Source of the DNA: Dipteris shenzhenensis
Taxonomy: Eukaryota
Length of the DNA: 64,000 nucleotides
Assembly: GCA_047967505.1 (NCBI GenBank)
Contig: CM106538.1
Reading direction: 5' to 3' (one strand)
The position numbers were made by a program, and so were the translations under genes. The notes below the pieces were generated by a model. The model saw only the letters and a list, made by a program, of their open reading frames with translations, was not told the origin of the DNA and searched no databases. Every line of letters begins with the position of its first letter. The stretch's first letter is position 1. Positions 22,701 through 36,319 of the stretch are shown one piece after another.

Positions 22701-23558
22701 CTATGCTTTGATACATACACTCTGTGGAATCTTGATCTTCTTGGGTCTATTTATGGATTTTGATGTCCATGACCAGACAATTGCATCAATACACTCCCAT
22801 ACCTGTGGATCCAACCTATTCTCTACCCAATACTTGTTCCAGCAATCAACATAGGCATCTGCATCATTGAGCCCCTTTCTCTTAACTGATGGTGTCCAAT
22901 ACTGAATTAATAATTTCTTCAAATTAGGAGAAGCAGCATCCATCTCGGCACTTGATATGGCAACCTCAAGCCATATGGGGTATATAGGATCTAATGGCCT
23001 CACCAAGACGAAGTCACCTTGCTTAACATCCACCATTGGTCTAAACTCTTCCCTCAGCTTACCTTTTAGAGGCCCACAATAGTGATCATTCCATTCCTCA
23101 TAGCCTTGGAAATCATTAATGCAAGCATCTATATCATCCTCCTCATCAGGAGATTGTGTTCTTGGCCAAAACTCTCAGTACGCTCCTATCTCTGAGATGT
23201 TTTCCTGTTCGAGCTCACCGATCATGGTTTTCCAATAGTCTATCACTAGCCTAATGTAGTACTCTACGATGCATTCTTTCCACTTGCACATCTCTCCCAA
23301 AACTTAATGTAATCCTTTATCCTTGATATTACTTGCAAGTGATCTCTCACAAATGCAGCCATTGGCAGTATATCCGGACAACCTGTTGGCAACAATGATC
23401 GACCCTCACTATCTTTCTTCCATAGCTCAATTCCCCCTTCAATGGGCATCCAATTCGGTGATTTTGGATGCACCTTGTACTGCATCATTGGTCTGTCACC
23501 TTTATTTATGAACAAATACAACCAAAGAATTTCATAAGACCAACAAATTTGTCCTTGT
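22701..23558 (-). pseudogene. C-terminal remnant of a third DUF7869/Sola-like transposase
   Basis: YLFINKGDRPMMQYKVHPKSPNWMP resembles FRFFLKDEKPMMQWQHYSLDTKWEP. VDVKQGDFVLVRP...IQYWTP...CWNKYWV...IVWSWTSK...KIKIP resembles the large transposase C-terminus. In-frame stops are present. Confidence 0.8.
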
Positions 23559-23559
23559 A

Positions 23560-24786
23560 GCGGGGGGAGAATGGCACCAGTGCCATTCTCCATGTGGGAT
23601 TGTGGAGAATGGCATTGGTGCCGTTCTCCATGTGAATTTGGCTTTCCTATGAGAATTGCATATCCCATCTTCCCTATCACTGATATATTACCTACCCCAA
23701 TCTTCACACCACTACATCACCCATTTGATTCGATTACACAAATTTAACCTGTTGCAACCACTTCATTACCCACCAACATCTTAACCTTATCCCCACATCT
23801 AGTAGCCATTCCCTATCATTTCAATTACGAAAAATAGGAAAGCGAGCAGATTATAGCTAAAGGGATTCACAAGCCTAGTCTAATGACATTCAAGTGTGCA
23901 AATTCTAGCTTTATAAAATGAGAGAGCCAATCTTTTGAATTACAACAATGCAATGGGAGAATGGACCTAGGTGCCATTCTCCCATTACAAAGCTCTCAAA
24001 TTTTCAAATTTGCAGAGGGAGAGTGTCACTAGTGCCATTCTCCTGTTACAATGTCCTAAATTTTTGCTTTGCAACCGGAGAATCGCACTAGTGCCATTCT
24101 CCCACTACAATGTCATGATTAAAAATTTGGGCTTTGAGATGGGAGAATCGCATGAGTGCCATTCTAGCATTGCGATGTCCTAATTTTAAAAAATTTATTT
24201 GAAAAGGGGAATGGCACTAGTGCCATTCTCCCCATGCATTGACTTGAGAAAAACATTTGTCTTCATAAGAGGAGAACACACTGGTGCCATTCTTCCTTTG
24301 GAAGACAAAATTTTGACTTGGGACTTTGCCTTGGGAGAATGCCAATGGTGCCATGCTCCCTTTGCAAAGCCAAAATTTTATATCAGGACATTGCAATGGG
24401 AGAATGGCACTGGTGCCATTCTCCCTTTTTGAAGGCAAACTTTGAATCAAGACATTGCATTGGGAGACTAGCACTTGTGCCATTTTCCCTTTGCAAAGCC
24501 AAGATTTTGAATCGTGACATTACAATGGGAGAATGGCACTAGTGCCATACTGTCTTTGTGAAGTAGAAATTTTGAATCACGACATTGCATGGGGAGAATG
24601 GCACAGCCAAAGTTTTGAATCGAGACATTGCAACGGGAGAATGGCAGTGGTGCAAATTTAAAATTTAAAATTTTTGTCTTTGTAATAGGAAAATGGAGAA
24701 TGGCACTAATGCCATTCTCTCATTGGAAAATGGAGAATGGCACTAGTGCCATTCTCCCATTGCAATGCTGAAAATTGAAACCATAC

Positions 24787-24828
<42 letters not shown>

Positions 24829-25270
24829 CATGGTACTCCTTTGAAACCATACACTATTTTTATCTTTAGGACATTCCAATGGGAGAATGGCACTGGTGCC
24901 CTTCTACTTTTGTGAAGCCAAAATTTTGAATCAGGACATTCCATTGGGAGAATGGCACTGGTGCCATTCTCCCAATGCAATACCTTGACTCATATTTTCA
25001 CTGGTGCCATTTTGACTCTGTGAAGCCAAAACTTTGAATCTAGGAGAATGGCACTAGTGCCATTTCCCCTTTGCACAGCCAAGATTTGAATCGGGAAATC
25101 ACAATGGGAGAATGGCACTAGTGCCATTCCCCCTTTGCAAAGCCAAAGTTTTGAATTGGGACATTGCAATGGGAGAATGGAAGTGGAGCAAATTTAAAAT
25201 TTAAAAGATTTTAGCTTTGCAAAATGGGGAGATTGGAGGATGGCACTAGTGCCATTCTCCCATTGCAATA
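23560..25270. repeat. Degenerate ~64-bp minisatellite built on the palindrome GGGAGAATGGCACTAGTGCCATTCTCCC
   Basis: About 20 full or partial copies of the 28-bp dyad. Spacing is ~61-65 bp between ~23955 and ~24600, with mutually related linkers. Confidence 0.9.
24791..24825 (+). repeat. (TG)n microsatellite
   Basis: About 17 uninterrupted TG units. Confidence 0.97.
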
Positions 25271-25274
25271 TAGA

Positions 25275-28200
25275 TCTTTTTACAAGCTACAACTTTGTCG
25301 TTTACAGCTTTGGCATCCCGTCTTTCAGTGAAAAGATATCGCTGTTCAAAGATAGGGACAGCATGTTATTTTGCCCAAAGTGGCTGTGAGGTATTGTTGT
25401 AGGAATTTCTCTTGCACAATAGTGAATTGGGAACTCACAGTAAATTACAGAAAGTGATTGGGATCTCACTTCAATCCAAGGGCATTATTGGCATTTTGGC
25501 AAGTCTCTTTGGCACATTTGGCAAGTGGTGAATGTTTGATTTTGTTGCCAAAGGATTGCACACTTGAGGTGATGCATTGGTAATGCAGTAAATGCCATTT
25601 CGATGCATAATGGATTTGCATTGGTGGATGCCGCACTGATGTTTATGGATAGTTGAGTTGGGCTCCTATTGCCATTGGTTGAGCAGGCATTGCTCATTTG
25701 GTTCAGTGCATTTCTTACTTGGATTGCCAGGTATTGGCAGGTTACTGGGCTGCATATATTCTTGTTTATGACTCTTTATGGCTGAGTGCTTTTGAGCATT
25801 GGATCAGCCAGTTTATTTGGAGACCTAATTGGTTTGGACAACACTATATTTTTTGGTCATTTGGGTTGCCTATTGCACTATACTACTCTTTGGTTGTGAG
25901 CTATTGTGCCACAGATATGGCGTCTACAGCTAGTAGTGCCCTCTTTGATATTGAGAGGTTGGATGGATCAAACTTTTAGTATTGGAAAGAGTAGATTTAT
26001 GATGTGTTAGTGCAAAAGAGGCAGCATAAGCCCATTCAATGCAAAGGTGTCAAGCCTAATAGCATTAAACAGAGTGATTGGGATGACATGGATGAGCAAG
26101 CATGCTATATCATTCAGTCATCACTCTCGAAGTCAGTCTACTTGTAGGTACATGATGGTGTACAGGGTGTAGACTGCCATGCATATGAGTTCTATACTCA
26201 TATATGCCGGATGTATGACCATGATAGTGTTATGTTATAGCATGATGGGCTGAAATGTCATGATGGGCTGAAATACAGCCTTGATATGCACTCCAGAGAT
26301 AGATCAATTGGTAGAAACAGGTCATGTTCAAGGGGGAATTCCAAGAGCAAGTCTAGCTCTCGACTTGTGTTAGATGTTTCTATTGTGGAAAGTATGGCCA
26401 CATGAAAAAGTATTGCTGGAAATGGCTGAGAAAATGCAAGAAGAAGAGCAAGGTTAAGAATGACAGGAAGAAGGAGAAGAACATGTTGAGCTTCAGGGTG
26501 TGGATGCTAGGGTTTCCACTGACAGTAGCAGTGATGAAGGCATTCTTTTTTCTATGTCTGACACCTCCTTCTTGGCCACCGATGTACCCATTCTCGGTGA
26601 TTGGATGTTAGATCCATGTGCTTCATGTCATATGACCCCTCATAGGTCATGGTTCAGTGCATATTAGGAATGCATTGTGGAGAGTGGTTTGATGGGCATT
26701 GATCATTCTATGGATGTCTATGGTTATGGGGATATCCACCTTGTTATGCCTAGTGGCTCTATTCTTGTTCTACAGAGGGTTAGACATATATCAGGACTTG
26801 CTACGAGCAAGATCAGTACTGGACAGTTGGTTGAGGCAGGTTATCATGTCTCTTTGGGTGATCATGCATGGAAGATTTCTAGAGGCAATCTGGTTATGGC
26901 TAGGGGATCACGGGTTGGATTCTCTTATGCATTGCATGTATCAGGTGTCCAGGATAAGATGCTTATGATTAGTAAGTAGCCATCGGTTAGTTTATGGTAT
27001 GCCAAACTTGGACATATGTCTACTGTAGGTATGGAAGCCCTTACAACATTGAGATACATTCCTGTTATGGATGTCTCTCAAATTTTATGTCATGATTGTG
27101 ATGATGATCAGCAGTCAGGATCCTCTTTTTTGAGAAAGACAGTCAGTAAGAGGTATGTTAAGCCATTGCAGTTGGTTCATAGTGCAGTTTGTGGGCCTAT
27201 GCCTACCATTTCACTGGGTGGCGCCTCTTACTTTGTGACATTTATTGATGCTGCTACAAAGTACATATGGGTATATCCGATTCGTCAAAGGCATGATGTA
27301 TATGATACATTTCAGCGCTTCTTGGGTAATGCTAAAAATCAGTCAGGAAAGAAGCTATTGAGCTTGATGACTGATGGTGATGCAGAGTTTACCTCTCCTA
27401 GATTTCAGCATCTATGTGATACACTTGGTATCAGGAGGGTGTTGACCACTCCTTATCTTTCTGCTCACGATGCCTTGGCAGAAGGCATAAATCGGATTCT
27501 ATTGGACAGGATTGGTAGCACGCTACGATATGCAAGTCTTACCGAATGCTATTGGGCTGAGGCATGTAAGACAGCTACATACTTGCTTAACAGGTCACCC
27601 AGGAGATCTCTGAATGGTAGAGTGCCATTTGACTTCTTGACAGGTAGGGCACCATGTTATGAGCATTTACGTGTGTTTGGCTACGAGGCTTATGCTCATG
27701 GTTGCCGATCGAGGAGGTGTATCTTCCTTGGATACAGTGAGTTCAGTAGGGACTACAGCTTATGGGATTCTTCAACTAGAGAGTTGATACGTAGCCATAA
27801 TGTCTATTTCAGAGAGGATGCAATGTTTAGATAGCCCAGGACTGTGGATTGCAGGTAGGAGAGTGGTGTTCCAAGAGGGTGTAAGTGCACTGATACCTCC
27901 GAATTCTTTGCAGTGGCAGCCCATATCCCTTGGAGTGGGAGGTTTTTCCCACAGTGAGCAGGTTATAAAGTTGGGGCAGTCATGATTACTTCCTGATTTT
28001 GGTCAGAGACGGTCAAATGTCTTGAGTTTTCCACAGGTTTATACTCCTATGGAGATTGTTGATGCATCTTCTAATCTTGGCTAATGATGCCCGGTATGAT
28101 CCATTGGCTGGTTATGCCAGGACAAATGTGGTTTCTGCATTTATTGACTCGAGTCATATTGCGCATGGGCAAGAATAATTGATATGTTTGCTTCATAAGT

Positions 28201-29260
28201 GCCTCCATGGCCAGAAGCAATCCCCTCGAGCTTGGCTTCATAGGTTTGATACCGTTATGAGAGCTTAGGATGTGATGCGCAGTGAGACAGGTTATGGTCT
28301 TAGTATTCAGGAGGTTGCTATCCTTCTGAGGTTACTTGCCATATGGTACCTAATGGACAAGGATGCTTTGTAGTGGGAGCTGCATGGTCTTGATGATGTT
28401 TGTCAGATACTTGGTTGTTTCAGATGGAGAGGGGGAAGTTACTGAGTACTCCATTGCTTGTATTGGCTCCACACTTGAAACACAGCAGGTTTGACGATCA
28501 CAGATCAGTTGAGCAACAAGTTGTGGTTGATATGGCAGCCATAGTACTTCATGCATCCATGACTGTGTTGAGACTTGGTTCTCACATGTTTGCCATTGGG
28601 GCTACACTTCCGGTTCTTGCTTTCGTTGTAGTGGGAGTTGGTAGCATGATTATGGCAGATTTTGGCAGTAGGTAAGCGGTTGTGGACATCAGGCCCTTAT
28701 GCTTCCAGGAGCAACATGTAGGTGATGCAGGTTGGGTAGACCAATATAGGTCTACTGTAGGGCATGTGCTTATGGTCACAGGTGGTACAGAGACATTTTC
28801 TTTGCACAGTGACAGTTTGGGTGCTATGGACTTAGCACAGGAGCACGTGATGGTGAGAGTTCACTCTCCCAGTGAGATCTCCCAGTGAGATCTGGCATGA
28901 GATTTTGGTTGATAGGCATCTACAGCTTGTCATTTTCTATCCTGCAGACCTGATGTCTGCTAGCAGCTTATCCTCTATGCACTTTGCACATTGTAAAGTG
29001 CCGATGGGCATAGGATGACGGTCTAGTCATCTTGTTTTTCAGCCTATGGTTGATTGTATTATATGTGTACTATACTCCCTTAAAGGCACATTGCCTTTAA
29101 GTGGGAGGTTGTTGGGGTAAAGGGTAGTGTGCCCACCCACTTGTACTGTGCCCATGTATACTCATATATATATATGATAGAGGAATAAGCTAGAGTAGCT
29201 TTTGCTCCACCACTTTTGGTGTCTCCTTAACCCTTTGTGAGTGCTCCCTCTTCCCCCACA
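25275..29260 (+). mobile_element. Decayed Ty1/copia element with internally deleted RT and a short 3' LTR; 5' LTR not found
   Basis: gag start MASTASSALFDIERLDGSNF (~25917), zinc-knuckle remnant, and integrase LQLVHSAVCGPM...YFVTFIDAAT...WAEACKTATYLLNRSP...HLRVFG. Ends MGIG* at ~29018. PPT AAGTGGGAGGT is followed by an LTR TGTTGGGG...CCCCACA at 29110-29260. The left boundary is approximate. Confidence 0.85.
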
Positions 29261-31400
29261 ATGCCATTCTCTCTAATATTAAATTTAAATTCAAATTCAT
29301 ATTGATATTTTTAATTTTAATTTGTATTTCAAATTGAAATTAATCTTTTTGAAATTGTATTTCAAAACCTAAATTCTAGTTTTCAAATTTTGATTTCAAG
29401 TTAAACTTCAATCTCAATTTTGATTTTCATGATTGAATGGCAAATTTAGAGATTGAAATTTTAATTTTAAATGGAGAATGGCACCAGTGCCATTCTCCAA
29501 GACCTCATAAGAAGTCCTTGAGAGTGGCACTAGTGCCAATATCCCTTGAGATAAATAAAATTTAAAAAATAAAAATTTCTAGTTATAAAGTGAAAGAGTT
29601 GGAACACTGATCAAGATTTATGTGTAAGATTTGGTACCAAAATAAAAAATATCAATGATACACTACCAATAAAATCAATGGAATGCCAATCTACATGTTG
29701 AGTTTGTGTAGATTTCCACTAGTGGAGAATGACAGTGATGCCAATATCATGCAGGGATCTACATAATGGAACTGAGATCCCCAAGCTAATATTAGGGCAG
29801 ACATTTCTACCAGTGGAGAATGGCAGTGGTGCCAATATCTTATTGGGCCCTAGAAAATGGCACTAAGAAGCCTAAACTCACATGTGCATTATTCTATGTT
29901 CCACCGGTGGAGAATGGCAGTGGTGCCATTCTCTAAAACATCATTCTTCTAGTCCGATCTGATCAATGTATAGGATAGATCATGTGAAGAAGTGCAACTT
30001 TGAGTATGCCATTCTCCAACATTGTGTCAATGTCCATGTGAGCTTATGTAGGTTGTGGCCTTGGATTTCCTATAAGACTCTCTCAGTGATATCTTGAAAT
30101 TCATCTTTGAAATTCCATTCTCTCAGTGATATCTTGATCAATACATATGGCAGAATATAGCCAAAAATGTGAAATTCAACTTTTAAATGCCATTCTCCCA
30201 CTACCATAGTGGCCCAAAATGTATAGGGTAGATTATGGCAAGATATTCTTCTTTTAGATGCCAGTCTCCAATTGTAGAGTAACTTCATCTTTGAAATGTA
30301 TCGGGTAGATGAGGAAAATTCAACTTTCCTCCTATGTAGTGATCATAGTCTCATTTGTGTAGAGATCATATGGATTTCTGTCAATCTTTGTGGAGAATGC
30401 CACCAGTGGGAGAATTGTAGTACTACCGATCTCATACCAGTGCTGCACAAGGAATCCTAAACTCGCATGTGCATTAGAACTTTTGCCATTATCCTCCTAC
30501 CAATAAAATCAGTGGAATGTCAATCCACATGTTTAGTTTTGGTAGATTGCCACCAGTGGAGAATGGTAGTGATGCTAATGTCATGCAAATACCTACATAA
30601 TGGCAATAATATCCTCAAACTCACACATGGATTGGGACCGGCGGGCACCATTCTCATATGATGACTAGAATACCCCTCCTAGAATATAGGGTAGATTAGG
30701 GAAATTCAACTTTCCTCCTATGTAGTGATCACAGACTCATTTGTGTAGAGATCAAGGATATGTGTCAATCTTTGTGGAGAATGCCACCAGTGGAGAATGG
30801 CAGTGGTGCCAATCTCATACCAAGACCTAAAAAATAGCACAAGGAATCCTGACCTGAAAACATGCACAGGGAATCCTAAACTCACATGAGCATTGGCACT
30901 TTTGCCATTATCCTACTGCAGCCAATAAAATTAGTGGAATGCCAATCTATAGGTTTAGTTTGTCTAGATTACCACTAGTGGAGAATGGCAGTGATGCCAA
31001 TCTCATGCAGGCACCTACATAATGACACTAAGATCATCAAACTCACATGTGGATTGGAATCGGACACCATTCTCCTATGATCACTGGAATACCCCACCTA
31101 GAATAGTAGTGTAAACATTTGTACAAGTGGAGAATGGCAGTGGTGTCAATCTATTATTAGGCCCTAGAAAATGGCATTAAGAAGCCTAAACTCACATGTG
31201 CATGCTTCTCAATGCCATTTTCTAGGGCCTAATAAGAGATTGGCCCCACTGGAGAATGGATTTGTGTCAATCTTTGTGGAGAATGCCACCAGTGGAGAAT
31301 GGCAGTGGTGCCAATCTCATACCAAGACCTTAAAAATGGCACAAGGAATCCTAAACTCACATGTGCATTGGCACTTTTGCCATTATACTGGAATACCCCT
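29261..31400. repeat. Degenerate GGAGAATGGCA-dyad repeats grading into the 465-bp satellite
   Basis: Scattered GGAGAATGGCAGTGGTGCCA motifs and partial or rearranged satellite units, including a short inversion near 31205-31250. Confidence 0.75.
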
Positions 31401-34400
31401 CCTAGAACAGTAGGGTAAACATTTGTACAAGTGGAGAATGGCAGTGGTGCCAATCTCTTATTAGGCCCTAAGAAATGGCATTGAGAAGCCTAAACTCACA
31501 TGTGCATTCTTTTATGTAGTGATCACTGTCTCCGCTATGTAGAGATCATATGGAATTGTGTCAATCTCTGTGGAGAATGCCACCAGTGCAGAATGGCACT
31601 GGTGCCAATCTCATACCAAGACCTGAAAACATGCACAAGGAATCCTAAACTCACATGTGCATTGGCACTTTTGCCATTATCCTACTGCAGCCAATAAAAT
31701 TAGTGGAATGTCAATCTACAAGTTTAGTTTGTCTAGATTACCACTAGTGGAGAATGGCAGTGATGCCAACCTCATGCTGGCACCTACATAATGACACTGA
31801 GATCATCAATCTCACATGTGGAATGGAATCGAACACCATTCTCCTATGATCACTAGAATACCCCTCCTAGAATAGTAGGGTAAACATTTGTACAAGTGGA
31901 GAATGGCGGTGGTGCCAATCTCTTATTAGGCCCTAAGAAATGGCATTGAGAAGCCTAAACTCACATGTGCATTCTTCTATGTAAGGACCATAGTCTCCGT
32001 TGTGTAGAGATCATATGGATTTGTGTCAATCTCTGTGGAGAATGCCACCAATGGAGAATGGCACTGGTGCCAATCTCATACCATGACCTGAAAACATGCA
32101 CAAGGAATCCTAAACTCACATGTGCATTGGCACTTTTGCCATTATCCTACTGCAGCCAATAAAATTAGTGGAATGTCAATCTATAGCTTTAGTTTGTCTA
32201 GACTACCACTAGTGGAGAATGGCAGTGATGCCAACAACCTCATGCTGGCAACTACATAATGACACTGAGATCATCAAACTCACATGTGGAATGGAATCGG
32301 ACACCACTCTCCTATGATCACTGGAATACCCCTCCTAGAATAGTAGGGTAAACATTTGTACAAGTGGAGAATGGAAGTGGTGCCAATCTCTTATTAGGCC
32401 CTAAGAAATGGCATTGAGAAGCCTAAACTCACATGTGCATTCTTCTATGTAGTGATCACTGTCTCCCCTGTGTAGAGATCATATGGAATTGTGTTAATCT
32501 CTATGGAGAATGCCAACAGTGGAGAATGGCAGTGGTGCCAATCTCATACCATGACCTGAAAACATGCACAAGGAATCCTAAACTCACATGTGCATTGGCA
32601 CTTTTTCCATTATCCTACTGTAGCCAATAAAATTAGTGGAATGTCAATCTATATGTTTAGTTTTTCTAGACTACCACTAGTGGAGAATGGCAGTGATGCC
32701 AATCTCATGCTGGCAACTACATAATGACACTGAGATCATCGAACTCACATGTGGATTGGAATCGGACACCATTCTCCTATGATCACTGGAATACCCCTCC
32801 TAGAATAGTACAATAAACATTTGTACAAGTGGAGAATGGCAGTGGTGCCAATCTCTTATTAGGCCCTTAGAAATGGCATTGAGAAGCCTAAACTCACATG
32901 TGCATTCTTCTATGTAGTGACCACAATCTCTGCTGTGTAGAGATCATATGGAATTATGTCAATCTCTATGGAGAATGCCACCAGTGGAGAATGGCAGTGG
33001 TGCCAATCTCATACCATGACCTGAAAACATGCACAAGGAATCCTAAACTCACATGTGCATTGGTACTTTTGCCATTATCCTACTACAGCCAATAAAATTA
33101 GTGGAATTTCAATCTATAGGTTTAGTTTGTCTAGATTACCACTAGTGGAGAATGGCAGTGATGCCAATCTCATGCTGGCAACCACATAATGACACTGAGA
33201 TCATCAAACTCACATGTGGAATGGAATCGGACACCACTCTCCTATGGTCACTGGACTACCCCTCCTAGAATAGTAGGGTAAACATTTGTACAAGTGGAGA
33301 ATGGTTGTGGTGCCAATCTCTAATTAGGCCCTAGAAAATGGCATTGAGAAGCCTAAACTCACATGTGCATTCTTCTATATAGTGATCACTGTCTTCGCTA
33401 TGTAGAGATCATATGGAATTGTGTCAATCTCTGTGCAGAATGCCACCAGTGGAGAATGGTAGTGGTGCCAATCTCATACCATGACCTAAAAACATGCACA
33501 AGGAATCCTAAACTCACATGTGCATTGGCACTTTTGCCATTTTCCTACTGCAACCAATAAAATTAGTGGAATGTCAATCTATGATCACTAGAATACCCCT
33601 CTCCTATGATCACTGGAATACCCCTGCTAGAATAGTAGGATAAACATTTGTACAAGTGGAGAACGGCAGTGGTGCCATTCTGTTATTAGGCCCTAAGAAA
33701 TGGCATTGAGAAGCCTAAACTCACATGTGCATTCTTCTATGTACTGATCACAGTCTCTGCTGTGTAGAGATCATGTGGATTTATGTCAATCTCTGTGGAG
33801 AATGCTACTAGTGGAGAATGGCAGTCGTGCCAATCTCATACCATGACCTGAAAACATGCACAAGGAATCCTAAACTCACATGTGCATTGGCACTTTTCCA
33901 TTATCCTACTGCAGCCAATAAAATTAGTGGAATGTCAATCTATATGTTTAGTTTGTCTAGACTACACCTAGTGGAGAATGGCAGTGATGCCAATCTCATG
34001 CTAGCAACTACATAATGACACTGAGATCATCAAACTGACATGTGGATTGGAATCAGACACCATTCTCCTATGATCACTAGAATACCCCTCCTAGAATAGT
34101 AGGTTAAACATTTGTACAAGTGGAGAATAACAGTGGTGCCAATCTCTTATTAGGCCCTAAGAAATGGCATTGAGAAGCCTAAAATCACATGTGCATTCTT
34201 CTATGTAGTGACCACAGTCTCCACTGTGTAGAGATCATATGGAATTGTGTCAATCTTTGTGGAGAATGCCACCAGTGGAGAATGGCAGTGGTGCCAATCT
34301 CATACCATGACCTAAAAACATGCACAAGGAATCCTAAACTCACATGTGCATTGGCACTTTTGCCATTATCCTACTGTAGCCAATAAAATTAGTGGAATGT

Positions 34401-36319
34401 CAATCTATAGGTTTAGTTTGTGTAGACTACCACTAGTGGAGAATGGCAGTGATGCCAACCTCATGCTAGCAACTACATAATGACACTGAGATCATCAAAC
34501 TCACATGTGGATTGGAATCGAACACCACTCTCCTATGATCACTGGAATACCCCTCCTAGAATAGTAGGGTAAACATTTGTAAAAGTGGAGAATGGCAGTG
34601 GTGCCAATCTCTTATTAGGCCCTAAGAAATGGCATTGAGAAGCCTGAACTCACATGTGCATTCTTTTATGTAGTGATCACACTCTCTGTTGTGTAGATAT
34701 CATATGGAATTGTGTCAATCTCTGTGGAGAATGCTAATAGTGGAGAATGGCAGTGGTGCCCATTTCACACCATAACCTGAAAACATGCACAAGGAATCCT
34801 AAGCTCACATGTGCATTGGCACTTTTGCCATTATCCTACTACAGCCAATAAAATTAGTGGAATGTCAATCTATAGGTTTAGTTTGTCTAGACTACCACTA
34901 GTGGAGAATGGCAGTGATGCCAATCTCATGCCGGCGACTACATAATGACACTGAGATCATCAAACTGACATGTGGATTGGAATCGGACACCATTCTCCTA
35001 TGATCACTGGAATACCCCTCCTAGAATAGTAGGTTAAACATTTGTACAAGTGGATAATGGCAGTGGTATCAATCTCTTATTAGGTCCTAAGAAATGGCAT
35101 TGAGAAGCCTAAACTCACATGTGCATTCTTCTATGTAGTGATCACTGTCTCCCCTATGTAGAGATCATATGGATTTGTGTCAATCTTTGTGGAGAATGCC
35201 GCCAGTGGAGAATGGCAGTGGTGCCAATCTCATACCATGACCTGAAAACATGCACAAGGAATCCTAAACTCACATGTGCATTGGCACTTTTGCCATTATC
35301 CTACTACAGCCAATAAAATTAGTGGAATGTCAATCTAGAGGTTTAGTTTGTCTAGATTACCACTAGTGGATAATGACAATGATGCCAATCTCATGCTGGC
35401 ACCTACATAATGACACTGAGATCATCAAACTCACATGTGGAATGGAATCAGACACCATTCTCCCATGATCACTAGAATACCCCTTCTAGAATAGTAGGGT
35501 AAACATTTGTACAAGTGGAGAATGGCAGTGGTGCCAATCTCTTATTAGGCCCTAAGAAATGGCATTGAGAAGCCTAAACTCACATGTGCATTCTTCTATG
35601 TAGTGACCACAGTCTCCGCTGTGTAGAGATCATATGGAATTGTGTCAAGCTCCTTGGAGAATGCCACCAGTGGAGAATGGCAGTGGTGCCAATCTCATAC
35701 CATGACCTGAAAACATGCACAAGGAATCGTAAACTCACATGTGCATTGGCACTTTTGCCATTATCCTACTGCAACCAATAAAATTAGTGGAATGTCAATC
35801 TATAGGTTTAGTTTGTCTGGACTACCACTAGTGGAGAATGGCAGTGATGCCAATCTTATGCTGGCAACCACATAATCACACTGAGATCATCAAACTCACA
35901 TGTGGAATGGAATCGGACACCACTCTCCTATGATCACTGGAATACCCCTCCTAGAATAGTAGGGTAAACATTTGTACAAGTGGAGAATGGGAGTGGTGCC
36001 AATCTCTTATTAGGCCCTAGAAAATGGCATTGAGAAGCCTAAACTCACATGTGCATTCTTGTATGTAGTGATCACAGTCTCCGCTGTGTAGAGATCATAT
36101 GGAATTGTGTCAATCTCTGTGGAGAATGCCACCAGTGGAGAATGGTAGTGATGCCAATCTCATACCATGACCTGAAAACACGCACAAGGAATCCTAAACT
36201 CACATGTGCATTGGTACTTTTACCATTATCCTACTGCATCCAATAAAATTAGTGGAATGTCAATCTATAGGTTTAGTTTGTCTAGACTACCACTAGTGGA
36301 GAATGGCAGTGGTCCCAAT
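31400..36319 (+). repeat. 465-bp tandem satellite, ~10.5 units
   Basis: Homologous points at 31500, 31965, 32433, 32898, 33363, ~33724 (shortened unit), 34189, ~34654, 35119, 35584 and 36049. Each unit has several TGGAGAATGGCAGTGGTGCCAATCTC and AAACTCACATGTG sub-repeats. The array is cut by a copia LTR at 36320. Confidence 0.96.

Noticed and set aside
23940-25270. CRISPR array (palindromic ~28-bp repeat with ~36-bp spacers)
   Set aside because: Spacers are homologous to each other, repeats are degenerate, no cas genes are present, and the context is eukaryotic.
31500-36246. Tandem family of 65-aa Cys-rich peptide genes (MCILLCSDH...)
   Set aside because: They are a by-product of the 465-bp satellite. 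Some units carry stops or frameshifts, and the non-ORF part of the unit is equally conserved.
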